DNA of 60,800 bases from contig CAZIUM010000002.1 in assembly GCA_964542285.1 (NCBI GenBank), positions 1 through 60,800 of the forward strand, given 5' to 3'. Under the pieces are notes generated by a model, which was given only the letters and a program-made list of their open reading frames with translations, had not been told where the DNA came from and made no database searches. Both the position numbers and the translations under genes were made by a program. The DNA comes from an uncultured Lentisphaerales bacterium (GTDB taxonomy: Bacteria; Verrucomicrobiota; Kiritimatiellia; RFP12; JAAYLN01). Positions 37,357 to 46,359 of the stretch are shown piece after piece. Within the stretch, counting starts at the first letter, position 1. Every line of letters begins with the position of its first letter.

Positions 37357-38951
37357 GCAACGTGCTGCGACGCGTGGCGCTGGTCGGTTCGATGACCGCT
37401 ATTAGCCGGGTGGCCGGCCTGGCGCGCGAAATGCTGATGGCGCATGCCTTCGGAACCGGACTGGCCAAGTCGGCCTTCGATGTCGCTTTCCGAATACCCA
37501 ACCTCTTCCGTCGCCTATTCGGCGAAGGCGCTCTGTCCGCGGCCCTGATTCCCGTGTACACGGAAACACGTGAGCGGGAAGGTCCCGAGGTGGCCAACCG
37601 CCTGGTCGGACGCGTCGCGGGCTTGTCGATCGCCGTCCTGGGACTGGTTACCGCCCTCGGAATCCTGCTGTTGCTCCTGTTGGAACAGCGCATGCAATTC
37701 GGTCCGCGCTGGACCGCCATCATGCCCCTGTTGCGCATCATGCTGCCCTATGCCCCCCTGATCTGCCTGGCAGCCCTGATTATGGGAGTATTGAATTCCC
37801 TCCGGCATTTTGCCATCCCGGCGCTGGCTCCCGTGTTTTTGAACCTGGTTTGGATTCTTGTTCTGGTCGGAATCTTTCCCTGGCTGCCCGACAATCCCTT
37901 TGTGCGCATCCGGGCCGTGGCCTGGGGCGTGCTGGCGGCCGGAGCGATCCAGGTCGCGGTGCAGCTTCCGGTCCTGGCCCGGCACGGCGTACGACTGCTG
38001 CCAAGTTTCCACTGGCGCAACGATCCCCGGCTGAAGCGCATCCTGACGTTGATGGCCCCCATGGCCATCGGCGCCGGACTGATCCAGATCAACGTCTGCT
38101 TCGACAGCCTGCTGGCCATGTGGGCCGCGACCTGGGGGCCCTCGGCGCTGGAATATGCCGAACGCCTGGTGTACCTGCCGCTGGGACTGGTTGGCAATGC
38201 CTTTGGGACCGTCCTGCTTCCGACGCTGTCCGCGCAGGCGGTCGGGATGGACCGCTCGGCCTTGAGCCTTACGCTCGAACGCGCGCTGCGCAACATTGCG
38301 GTGATCATGTCGCCGCTGGCGGTTGGGCTGACGGTGCTGGCCCTGCCGGCGGTCACTCTGGTCTATCGGTTGGGCGACGGCGCCTTCCAGGGCGAATCCG
38401 CACGACAGACGGCGCGCGCCCTGGCTGGATATGCCCCCGGCTTGCTGGTGTTCAGCTTTTACAAGGCCCTGACCCCCGCATTCTATGCCATGCAGGATAC
38501 GCGTACCCCCATGCGCGTGGGGCTGGTGGCGGTGGTTTTGAACCTTTGTTTAAATATTCTGTTTGTGGTGACCTGGCCCGCGGGATGGAAACACATGGGC
38601 ATTGCCGTGGCCACGGTGATTACCAGCCTGGTCAATTGCGTCACCCTCGGGGTGATTCTGAAAAATCGTTGCGGTGCCCCCAGGCCGCGGAAAATCATGG
38701 GCGTTATGATGGGTGCCCTGGCGGCGTCCCTGGTGATGGCGCCCGTGGCATTGGCCTTGCACCGGGTCACCCTGGCGGCGGCGCAACCGCACATGGCCGA
38801 CAAGTTGGCGCAGATCGCCGCCATGATCTTGGCGCTGATCGGCGGCGGCAGCGTTTATTTTCTGGCGACGACCGTGCTGTGTCGTCGGGGGCTGCTGGAA
38901 CTTTGGCAGGACCTGCGCTGGAAACAGCACTCATCGACACCCCAGAAGTGA
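37353..38951 (+). CDS. murJ: Lipid II flippase MurJ (MviN)
   Basis: The ATG at 37353 (ATGA overlap with the waaF stop) gives 532 aa. SMTAISRVAGLAREMLMAHAFGTGLAKSAFDVAFRIPNLFRRLFGEGALSAALIPV is the MurJ signature. Multi-TM throughout. Confidence 0.9.
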   Translation: MSNVLRRVALVGSMTAISRVAGLAREMLMAHAFGTGLAKSAFDVAFRIPNLFRRLFGEGALSAALIPVYTETREREGPEVANRLVGRVAGLSIAVLGLVTALGILLLLLLEQRMQFGPRWTAIMPLLRIMLPYAPLICLAALIMGVLNSLRHFAIPALAPVFLNLVWILVLVGIFPWLPDNPFVRIRAVAWGVLAAGAIQVAVQLPVLARHGVRLLPSFHWRNDPRLKRILTLMAPMAIGAGLIQINVCFDSLLAMWAATWGPSALEYAERLVYLPLGLVGNAFGTVLLPTLSAQAVGMDRSALSLTLERALRNIAVIMSPLAVGLTVLALPAVTLVYRLGDGAFQGESARQTARALAGYAPGLLVFSFYKALTPAFYAMQDTRTPMRVGLVAVVLNLCLNILFVVTWPAGWKHMGIAVATVITSLVNCVTLGVILKNRCGAPRPRKIMGVMMGALAASLVMAPVALALHRVTLAAAQPHMADKLAQIAAMILALIGGGSVYFLATTVLCRRGLLELWQDLRWKQHSSTPQK

Positions 38952-38976
38952 CTCCCTGAAAGCGTCACGAGGAATC

Positions 38977-40098
38977 ATGAAGAAACAGCCACAACCGTTT
39001 ACGACGCCCGGTCGCGAAACCTTAAGCATTGCCGTAGCCTGCGGCGGCACCGGGGGACATATTTTCCCGGGCATGGCCACCGCCGCGGAAATGCGGCGGC
39101 GCGGTCACCGGATCACCCTGTGGCTGGCGGGACGCGATATCGAAAACCGGACCCTGAAGGACTGGGGCGGCCCGGTGTTTCGCACCGGCGCCCGCCCCTT
39201 GCGCCCCGCCACCCTGCCTTCATTGCTCGGAAGCCTCTGGCGTGCCGGACGAGAGATGCGACGTGAGCGTCCCGACGTGATCCTGGCCATGGGCAGTTAT
39301 GCCAGTCTGCCGCCGGTCGTGTCGGCCAGGTTGCTTGGCATTCCCGTGGTGCTGCACGAGGCCAACGTCGTGCCTGGCAAGGCGGTTGCCGCGCTTTCCC
39401 GCCTGGCCGCCGTGACGGCGATCAGTTGTCCCGAAAGCGCGCCGTATCTCCCCCATGCACGCCTGGCGGAAACCGGTTTGCCGGTGCGCAAGGAACTGGC
39501 CGGTCGTTCGCCCATGGCCGGTTTCGAACGCCAAAACGGTTTTACGGTGTTGATCACCGGCGGCAGCCAGGGAGCCCACGCACTTAACGTCATTTGCGCC
39601 GCGGGCATGATCGAATCGGCCCAATCCCGCCGGATTCCCGGTTTGCGCATCATCCACCAGACCGGGGCGGCCGACGAAAAGATCGTTCGCGACCTGTACC
39701 GGCAAGCCGGGGTGGAGGCCCTGGTGACGCCCTTTCTAGCGGACATGGGGGGCGCCTACGCCGCCGCCGATCTAGCCATCTGTCGCGCCGGCGCCGCGAC
39801 CTGCGCCGAGTTGTGCCTCTGTGGACTGCCGGCCCTGCTGGTGCCGCTCCCCACCGCCGTGCGCGACCACCAGCATGCCAATGCCCAACGCCTCGCCAGG
39901 GTTGGTGGCGCGGACGTATGTCGCCAACAGGAATTGACCCCGGAAGGACTCGCCCAACAGGTGCTCGAATCATTCCAGAATCCGCGGCGTCGAGAGGCCA
40001 TGCGCGCCGCCCTGCGGTCGCTGGCCCTCCCCGACGCCGACCGCCAACTGGCGAATCTGGTCGAAAGGGCAGCCACCGGTCCTTTGAATCAGGCATGA
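38977..40098 (+). CDS. murG: Undecaprenyldiphospho-muramoylpentapeptide beta-N-acetylglucosaminyltransferase
   Basis: 373 aa. IAVACGGTGGHIFPGMA, ITGGSQGA and the C-terminal HQxxNA block (DHQHANAQ). Confidence 0.9.
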   Translation: MKKQPQPFTTPGRETLSIAVACGGTGGHIFPGMATAAEMRRRGHRITLWLAGRDIENRTLKDWGGPVFRTGARPLRPATLPSLLGSLWRAGREMRRERPDVILAMGSYASLPPVVSARLLGIPVVLHEANVVPGKAVAALSRLAAVTAISCPESAPYLPHARLAETGLPVRKELAGRSPMAGFERQNGFTVLITGGSQGAHALNVICAAGMIESAQSRRIPGLRIIHQTGAADEKIVRDLYRQAGVEALVTPFLADMGGAYAAADLAICRAGAATCAELCLCGLPALLVPLPTAVRDHQHANAQRLARVGGADVCRQQELTPEGLAQQVLESFQNPRRREAMRAALRSLALPDADRQLANLVERAATGPLNQA

Positions 40099-41576
40099 TT
40101 TAAAATGGATGCGACTCTCGAGGTCGAAAAGATCGTTTGTCCTTGTGCCGATTCCGCACACCGTCCGATTTGTCCCGAGCCGGTTACAAGGTACCGCGAA
40201 CCATCGCATGCCGGGCAAGCATATCGACAGAACCACGTAGACAATTTTTGACGCAATTCCTCTTCTTGCGCCCGGTAAGGTTCCTGCCCGGCCAGATTGC
40301 GCTGTTCGTGCGGATCCCGGGTTAAATTGTACAGTTCGTTGGGCCCCTGCGCGAAACGAAGGACATATTTCCAATCGGCGGTTCGTATCATGCGAACCGG
40401 ACCGTATTCGTCATATACCACGACGTGTGAATCCGTCGCGGATTCCGTCCCATCCAATATCCCGGCAAAACTTTTCCCCGGGAGGGAGGGCGACAAGGGA
40501 TTATCGATGCCGACGTAATCCAACAGGGTTGGCATGAAGTCGTACTGACTGACCAAATCCCGGCACACCACTCCCCGTGCGATACGAGCGGGATGCGACA
40601 CGATAAAGGGCACCTTAACCGACTCCTCGAACATGTTGAGCGGGAACGTGGCATTCCCCTTGCCATAGACTCCATGGTGCCCCATGTTCATTCCATTATC
40701 GCTGGTAAAGACAACCAGGGTGTTTTCACGCAATCCATTGGCTTCCAACCAAGCGATCAAGCGTCCGATATTCCGGTCCATGGCGGTTACGGCGGCATAA
40801 TATCCGCTCAAATGCGCCCGACGAAGTTCCGCTGTTTCGACCGGAATCGAACGGTAGCGAACCCAATCCGGGGCTTTCAGGAAATCGGGAACGGAAATAA
40901 ACGGACAATGGTTGTAGTAATGGTCATACAATTCGGACGGATGATTTTCACGCGACCAGGGGGAATGCGGAGCCGTGTAATGAACGCCCAGGTAAAACGG
41001 CCGCTCGTCGCCCCGTCTGCTTTCCAGCCAACGCAGGGCATTGTCCGTGATGGCCTCCGTCACATAAGCCGGCTCCTCGTAGACCTCGCCATTGCGGATC
41101 ATGGGGGCCATGAAATACGGGTCGCCTCCCTTGGTATGGACATTCCAGAACTCGAAACTCTTCCGCGGATGATGTGAATCCCCAAGGTGCCACTTTCCAC
41201 TGATTCCGCATTGATAGCCGGAAGAAGCCAGCAGGTCCGTGTACCCAACCTGCGCGTGGAGATATTCGATCAAGGTTCCAGAACGCGCCGGCTCGTATTG
41301 CTCGACCGTGTCCCCCGCGGCAATCCAGTCATGAATCCCATGCTGCGATGGCAACCGTCCGGTCAGAAGGGTAGCGCGCGCGGGTGAACAGACCGGGCTG
41401 GCGCAAAAGAAATTTGCGAACCGCATTCCGGAATCCGCCAATCGATCCAGGTTGGGGGTTTCGATCTCCGGGTTGCCCGCGCAACCCAGGGCCCATGCTC
41501 CCTGGTCATCGGAAAGAACAAAAAGAATATTCGGCGGCACCCTCGCTTCAGAATCGTCTTTGTTGATGATGTTCAT
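40089..41576 (-). CDS. Cys-type sulfatase (formylglycine-dependent), no signal peptide
   Basis: 495 aa. PNILFVLSDDQG and CASPVCSPARATLLTGR (C-x-P-x-R). The N-terminus MNIINKDDSEARVPPN has no hydrophobic leader. Confidence 0.85.
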   Translation of the reverse strand: MNIINKDDSEARVPPNILFVLSDDQGAWALGCAGNPEIETPNLDRLADSGMRFANFFCASPVCSPARATLLTGRLPSQHGIHDWIAAGDTVEQYEPARSGTLIEYLHAQVGYTDLLASSGYQCGISGKWHLGDSHHPRKSFEFWNVHTKGGDPYFMAPMIRNGEVYEEPAYVTEAITDNALRWLESRRGDERPFYLGVHYTAPHSPWSRENHPSELYDHYYNHCPFISVPDFLKAPDWVRYRSIPVETAELRRAHLSGYYAAVTAMDRNIGRLIAWLEANGLRENTLVVFTSDNGMNMGHHGVYGKGNATFPLNMFEESVKVPFIVSHPARIARGVVCRDLVSQYDFMPTLLDYVGIDNPLSPSLPGKSFAGILDGTESATDSHVVVYDEYGPVRMIRTADWKYVLRFAQGPNELYNLTRDPHEQRNLAGQEPYRAQEEELRQKLSTWFCRYACPACDGSRYLVTGSGQIGRCAESAQGQTIFSTSRVASILNHA

Positions 41577-41965
41577 TTCGTTCGTTCTTCCGCTCCGAAT
41601 TGATTTTTCGCAACATTGTCAACCAATTCTCGGCTTTTTTACATGAAAAAAAATCGGCGGCAAGTGACAAGGAGGCGCGGCACGAAATACGGGCGCATGA
41701 CACCGAAACGGTTGGCCGAGCCCGATAGCGTGCCAGAAATCTGCCCCACATCCACTTACCTCCTCAGAGTTTTGGCTATTGGGACTTGTTGCATCCCAAG
41801 TGTTTTTACTCCGCGCCTGTGAGAGGGCTGAGAGGGCATGGGTAACGCTTGCCAAACTGAAATGACAACCGCATAATACCCTTGTTTTTTCGAGACCGTC
41901 GAATTTACCAGCGGCAATTTTTATTCCGTTTCGACCAAGGGGCCGACGGATACACGGTTTTACCT

Positions 41966-42469
41966 TTGAAAACGCTGATTGTATATTATTCCCGTACCGG
42001 ACGCACCCGCAAGGTGGCGCAGGCTTTGTCGCATCGACTGGGGGCCGACCTGGATGAACTTCACGAAACCCGCAGTCGATCGGGCCTGATCGGATACCTG
42101 GCCGGGGGACGCGATGCCTGGCTGGCGCGCGACACCGGACTGGCGCCACTGAAATACGATCCCTCGGGACATGATCTGGTTGTCCTGGCGGGGCCGGTGT
42201 GGGCCTTTACGATCTGTCCCGCGTTGCGCGCCTACGCCCGGCAACACGGAAAGAAATTAACCCGGACGGCCTTTGTAGCGACCCAAGGCGGACGCGGGGC
42301 GGAGCGCGCTTTCACGGTTATGAAAGAACTCACCGGGAAGGACCCCATCTCCACGCTGACACTGATCGATCGAGACATCGACAAAGATCAGCATCTAGCC
42401 GCGCTGGAAACCTTTGGCCAACAATTAAAAGAGGCCTTGTCGCCCGCCCCCGAGGAACCCCAAGCATGA
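41966..42469 (+). CDS. Flavodoxin-like protein
   Basis: The TTG at 41966 gives MKTLIVYYSRTGRTRKVAQALS..., the typical flavodoxin-fold N-terminus. The ORF-track start at 41882 adds 28 atypical residues. ATGA overlap with the downstream FAD oxidoreductase gene. Confidence 0.6.
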   Translation: MKTLIVYYSRTGRTRKVAQALSHRLGADLDELHETRSRSGLIGYLAGGRDAWLARDTGLAPLKYDPSGHDLVVLAGPVWAFTICPALRAYARQHGKKLTRTAFVATQGGRGAERAFTVMKELTGKDPISTLTLIDRDIDKDQHLAALETFGQQLKEALSPAPEEPQA

Positions 42470-45387
42470 GTTTTCCCATTCCTGTATTCGCCCATGTAGA
42501 TTTAGTGGTCATCGGAGGCTCCACCGGCGCCGTAGCGGCGGCGGTGGAAGCCGCCCGTGCCGGTCGGCGTGTGTTTCTGGGAGCCGCCGAAAATTACCTT
42601 GGCGCGGACATCTGTGGCGCCGGTCGCTGGTGGCTGCCGGACGAATCCCCCGCCGACCATCCGCTGATTGAAGCGCTTTATTCCCAAGCCTCCAAAGAAC
42701 GTCCCCGGTGGGCGGCCCCACTGGCCGTCAAGCGCGAGTTGGATAAAACCCTCTTGGACGCCGGAGTGGAATTTCTGTTTGGCTGTCATCCCGCCGATTT
42801 GCTGGTTGACGCCTCGGACGATCTTTCGGGCGTGCTCTTCACCAGCAAAAGCGGCCCGTTTGCGGTTACGGCCCGGCAGGTGATTGACGCCACGCCGACA
42901 GCGCTGGCGGCACGCATGGCGGGCGTCGACTTCACGTCCTGGCCTGAAGACGCGCGCATCGAATTCCGTCATGTTCTGGTGGGACATCGCGCCGAGGGCG
43001 ACGACGGTTCCCAGGGGGAGTCGCTGGGCGTCATTCACACCACCTACCGGGACGAACCGGTCGAAGCCGAGGCCTATCGCTACCGGACCACCCTGCCCGT
43101 GCCGTCGTTTTCGCCCCAGGCGATGGCGGACCTCGCCAATGAACTGAAAAGCCGCCACTGGCACCGCGACATTTTCTGGAGCAGCGAGCGCCTGGACTGG
43201 GTACCGCCCGACAACATCGACACGGGCGTGACCTACCCCTGGCGCGCACCCTCCGAGGTCGATTTAAAAGCTTTCGAGACAAGCATCCCGGGGGTTCACG
43301 TGCTGGGTCCCTGTGCCGCCTTGAGCCGGGCGGATGCGGCGAACCTTCTGGATGCGACCAATGCAATCATGATTGGAGCGCGACTGGGTCGTGCCCTGGC
43401 GGCGATCCCGCAGCCGGAGGTGGTCGCGACGGGGGAATGTCGGTCCTTAACCAGGGGCGCGATCGACATTTCGAATTGCGAGCCGGCCTTGCATTTGCGT
43501 CCCTCGCCTTCACGGGAAACCATCCAGTTTGAAAGCGGTTTTCTGCCGCGATTGGGGCAATATGACGTGGTCGTGGTCGGTGGCGGCACCGGCGGAGCGC
43601 CGGCGGCGCTGGCGGCCGCGCGTTCCGGCGCCAGCGTACTGTTGATCGAAAGTCTTCATGACCTGGGCGGCGTCTCGACCCTGGGCTGCATTCCGACCTA
43701 CTACCATGGCAACCGCGCGGGATTCAACCAGGAGATGGCCCGCGGTCTGCACGCCCTGGGGGGAGAAAGCGAACCGTTCAGCGACGCACGATGTCACCCG
43801 GTGCACAAGACGGAGTGGCTGCGCCGCGAAATTCTGGCGGCCGGCGGTAAAATCTGGTTCAACAGTGTGGTCTCGGGCGCCCGGATGTCGAAGCAGAAAA
43901 TCACGGGCGTCGTGGTCAACACGCCCTGGGGGCGCGGACAGGTCAAGGCGGAGGTCGTCATCGACGCCACGGGCAATGCCGACGTCGCCGCCGCCGCCGG
44001 CGCCGACTGCACCGTTGTCAGCGAACACGACCTGGCCATCCAGGGCACCGGTCTGCCGCCGCGTCACCTGGTCCCCGGCGGCTTCAATACAGACTACACC
44101 TTTATCGCCGACGACGATATTTTCGATGTAACCCGCTCGTTCATCGTGGCGCGCAAGCGTTTTGAAGGCCAGGCTTTTGACGTGGGACAGATTCCCGACA
44201 CGCGGGAACGTCGTCAGATCGTGGGGGACGTCACGGTGACTCCGCTGGACGTCTACACCGGGCGAACCTGGTCGGACAGCATTTGTCTCAGCCGCAGCAA
44301 TTTCGACAGCCACGGTTTCACCGTGCATCCCCTGTTTGTCGTGCTGCCCCCGGACCGAACCAGCCTGGACGCCTGGCTGCCCCTGCGCGCGCTGTTGCCC
44401 AAGGGAATTGTGGGGCTGATGGTGACGGGACTGGGGCTCAGTGCGCAGCGCGACGTCATGCCGGTGCTGCGCATGCAGCCCGATGTCCAGAATCACGCCT
44501 ACGCCGCGGGACTGGCGGCGGTGATGGCTTTAACGCGCAAGGGAGAGGTGCGTCGCATCGATCCACGTCACCTGCAACGACAACTCGTAACCCTGGGGAT
44601 CCTCCCGCAAACGGTCTTGCTGCACCGGGACGGAGTTACCCTCCCCCGTCCCGTGTTGCAGAGCGCCGCGGACGGCAGCCTGGAAATGCATTCCGAGGTC
44701 GCGGCCCTGATGTCGGCGCCGGAACCTTCGCGTCTCTTGTTGCGTCAACGGTTTTCGACCGAGCAGACACCAGAAACCCGTTTGGCCTGCGCGCGTCTGC
44801 TGGCGATATTGGGCGACAATTGCGGGGCGGCCTTGCTGATCGAACGTTTACGTTCCTCCGACGCCTGGGACGAGGGTTGGAATTACACGGGCATGGGCCA
44901 GTTCGGGCGCAGCCTGAGTCCGCTCGACGATTGCATCATGGCGTTGGCGATGGCCCGCGTCGGCGAGGCCAAGCAGGCCGTAATCGAAAAACTGCGCCTG
45001 CTTGACGGCGAGGCGGACCTCTCGCATGTACGCGCCGTGTCGGTTTATGCGGAAAGCTTCCCCGACGGCGATTTTGCCGAGGCCCTGGCGCATCTCCTGC
45101 GTCAACCGGGCATGTCGGGACATGCATGGACCTCGGTTCGCGAGGAACTGGAAAACATTCCACCCAGCACGGTGGACACCACGACGCGCAACCTGGCCCT
45201 GCGGGAACTGTACCTGGCACGCGCCTTGTGGCGATGTGGCGATCGCCAGGGGCTGGCATTCGGAATTCTTTCGAGGTACGCCATGGATATCCGCGGTCAT
45301 TTCGCGCGGCACGCGCGCCGACATCTCGCCACCCCCCCGTCCGTCAGAAAACCTCGTCCACGGGTTCAAACCTCAAGCGGACGCTAA
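42466..45387 (+). CDS. FAD-dependent oxidoreductase with two tandem Rossmann modules and a C-terminal HEAT-like region
   Basis: 973 aa from the ATG at 42466. Dinucleotide motifs DLVVIGGSTGAVAAAVEAARAG and DVVVVGGGTGGAPAALAAARSGASVLLIE. The alpha-helical C-terminus has LLAILGD/LIERL repeats. The ORF-track start at 42199 lies inside the flavodoxin gene. Confidence 0.7.
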   Translation: MSFPIPVFAHVDLVVIGGSTGAVAAAVEAARAGRRVFLGAAENYLGADICGAGRWWLPDESPADHPLIEALYSQASKERPRWAAPLAVKRELDKTLLDAGVEFLFGCHPADLLVDASDDLSGVLFTSKSGPFAVTARQVIDATPTALAARMAGVDFTSWPEDARIEFRHVLVGHRAEGDDGSQGESLGVIHTTYRDEPVEAEAYRYRTTLPVPSFSPQAMADLANELKSRHWHRDIFWSSERLDWVPPDNIDTGVTYPWRAPSEVDLKAFETSIPGVHVLGPCAALSRADAANLLDATNAIMIGARLGRALAAIPQPEVVATGECRSLTRGAIDISNCEPALHLRPSPSRETIQFESGFLPRLGQYDVVVVGGGTGGAPAALAAARSGASVLLIESLHDLGGVSTLGCIPTYYHGNRAGFNQEMARGLHALGGESEPFSDARCHPVHKTEWLRREILAAGGKIWFNSVVSGARMSKQKITGVVVNTPWGRGQVKAEVVIDATGNADVAAAAGADCTVVSEHDLAIQGTGLPPRHLVPGGFNTDYTFIADDDIFDVTRSFIVARKRFEGQAFDVGQIPDTRERRQIVGDVTVTPLDVYTGRTWSDSICLSRSNFDSHGFTVHPLFVVLPPDRTSLDAWLPLRALLPKGIVGLMVTGLGLSAQRDVMPVLRMQPDVQNHAYAAGLAAVMALTRKGEVRRIDPRHLQRQLVTLGILPQTVLLHRDGVTLPRPVLQSAADGSLEMHSEVAALMSAPEPSRLLLRQRFSTEQTPETRLACARLLAILGDNCGAALLIERLRSSDAWDEGWNYTGMGQFGRSLSPLDDCIMALAMARVGEAKQAVIEKLRLLDGEADLSHVRAVSVYAESFPDGDFAEALAHLLRQPGMSGHAWTSVREELENIPPSTVDTTTRNLALRELYLARALWRCGDRQGLAFGILSRYAMDIRGHFARHARRHLATPPSVRKPRPRVQTSSGR

Positions 45388-46359
45388 GGTTTCGATCCGT
45401 TCCGCCCGGCATTGCGCCCGCATTCGTTTTGCCAGGGCCGGATCGAAGGATGCCGGCACCAGCGTCGCGGCGTTTGCACTGCCGCAACACAACCCGAAAC
45501 AAGCGGCATCCGGCATCGATTGCCCCGCGAGACAGGCATGCAACATCCCGGCGGTAACACTGTCTCCACTGCCGATCGGGTTGACCACCCCGGGCAGTTC
45601 CGGCGGGAGCAGGCGCCAGGCGTCCCGGGTCCCGTTCACAAGGTACCCGGGGCGCGGTCCATCGGTGATCAGCACCCATTGCGCACCCATGGCAAGAATT
45701 TCCCCTGCCAGGTGAAGGACTTCGCCGGGACGTTCACAAGGTTGGTCGAACGTGGCGGCAAGCTCCGACCGGTTCATTTTTGCCACCAGGGGCCTGCGGG
45801 AAAGAACCGCCAGCAGCGGACGCCGATGCGAATCGATCACCCAGGGCATTCGATGCCGTTGCGCCTGGCGCGCAAAAGGCAGGTAGAACTCGTCATCGAG
45901 AAATGGGGGCAGGGTTCCGCTGATGGCCAGGGCATCGCAGGCATCCAGGCGGCACAGGGCCGAGGCGACAAATCGTTCAATGGCTTCCGGCGGCGGAACG
46001 GACGTTTCCTCGACCAGTTCCGTCTCCCGTCCGCCATCCTCGAGAATAGTGGTGCAGATGCGCGTGGGCGTTCCCAACGGGGTGAGGCATGCCTTCGCTC
46101 CACGACGCTGCATGTCCTCCAGAACGCAACGTCCGGTTTCCCCGCCGTTGAATCCCGTGACCCAGGCTTCGTGCCCAAGGGCCGCCAGGGCCATGCCCAC
46201 ATTGACGGATTTGCCGGCCGCCGATTGATGGACGGCATAGGCCCGGTTGACCCCGTGCAAGGTGAACTTCTCGAAGCGCAGGATGCGTTGCAGTGCCGGT
46301 GTCACGCCCAGGGACAGGATCAAGCGTCTGGGGGCCTGGGTTGCATGGGTCTCGATCAC
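45373..46359 (-). CDS. PfkB family sugar-phosphate kinase (1-phosphofructokinase / tagatose-6-phosphate kinase-like)
   Basis: 328 aa. GGKSVNVGMALAALG and the C-terminal NPIGSGDSVTAGM anion-hole motif. GTG start overlapping the ATP-grasp stop (GTGA). Confidence 0.75.
   Translation of the reverse strand: MIETHATQAPRRLILSLGVTPALQRILRFEKFTLHGVNRAYAVHQSAAGKSVNVGMALAALGHEAWVTGFNGGETGRCVLEDMQRRGAKACLTPLGTPTRICTTILEDGGRETELVEETSVPPPEAIERFVASALCRLDACDALAISGTLPPFLDDEFYLPFARQAQRHRMPWVIDSHRRPLLAVLSRRPLVAKMNRSELAATFDQPCERPGEVLHLAGEILAMGAQWVLITDGPRPGYLVNGTRDAWRLLPPELPGVVNPIGSGDSVTAGMLHACLAGQSMPDAACFGLCCGSANAATLVPASFDPALAKRMRAQCRAERIETLASA

Noticed and set aside
42199-42465. Upstream extension of the FAD oxidoreductase ORF (start 42199)
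   Set aside because: It overlaps the flavodoxin-like gene in another frame. The Rossmann motif sits at the expected distance from the ATG at 42466.
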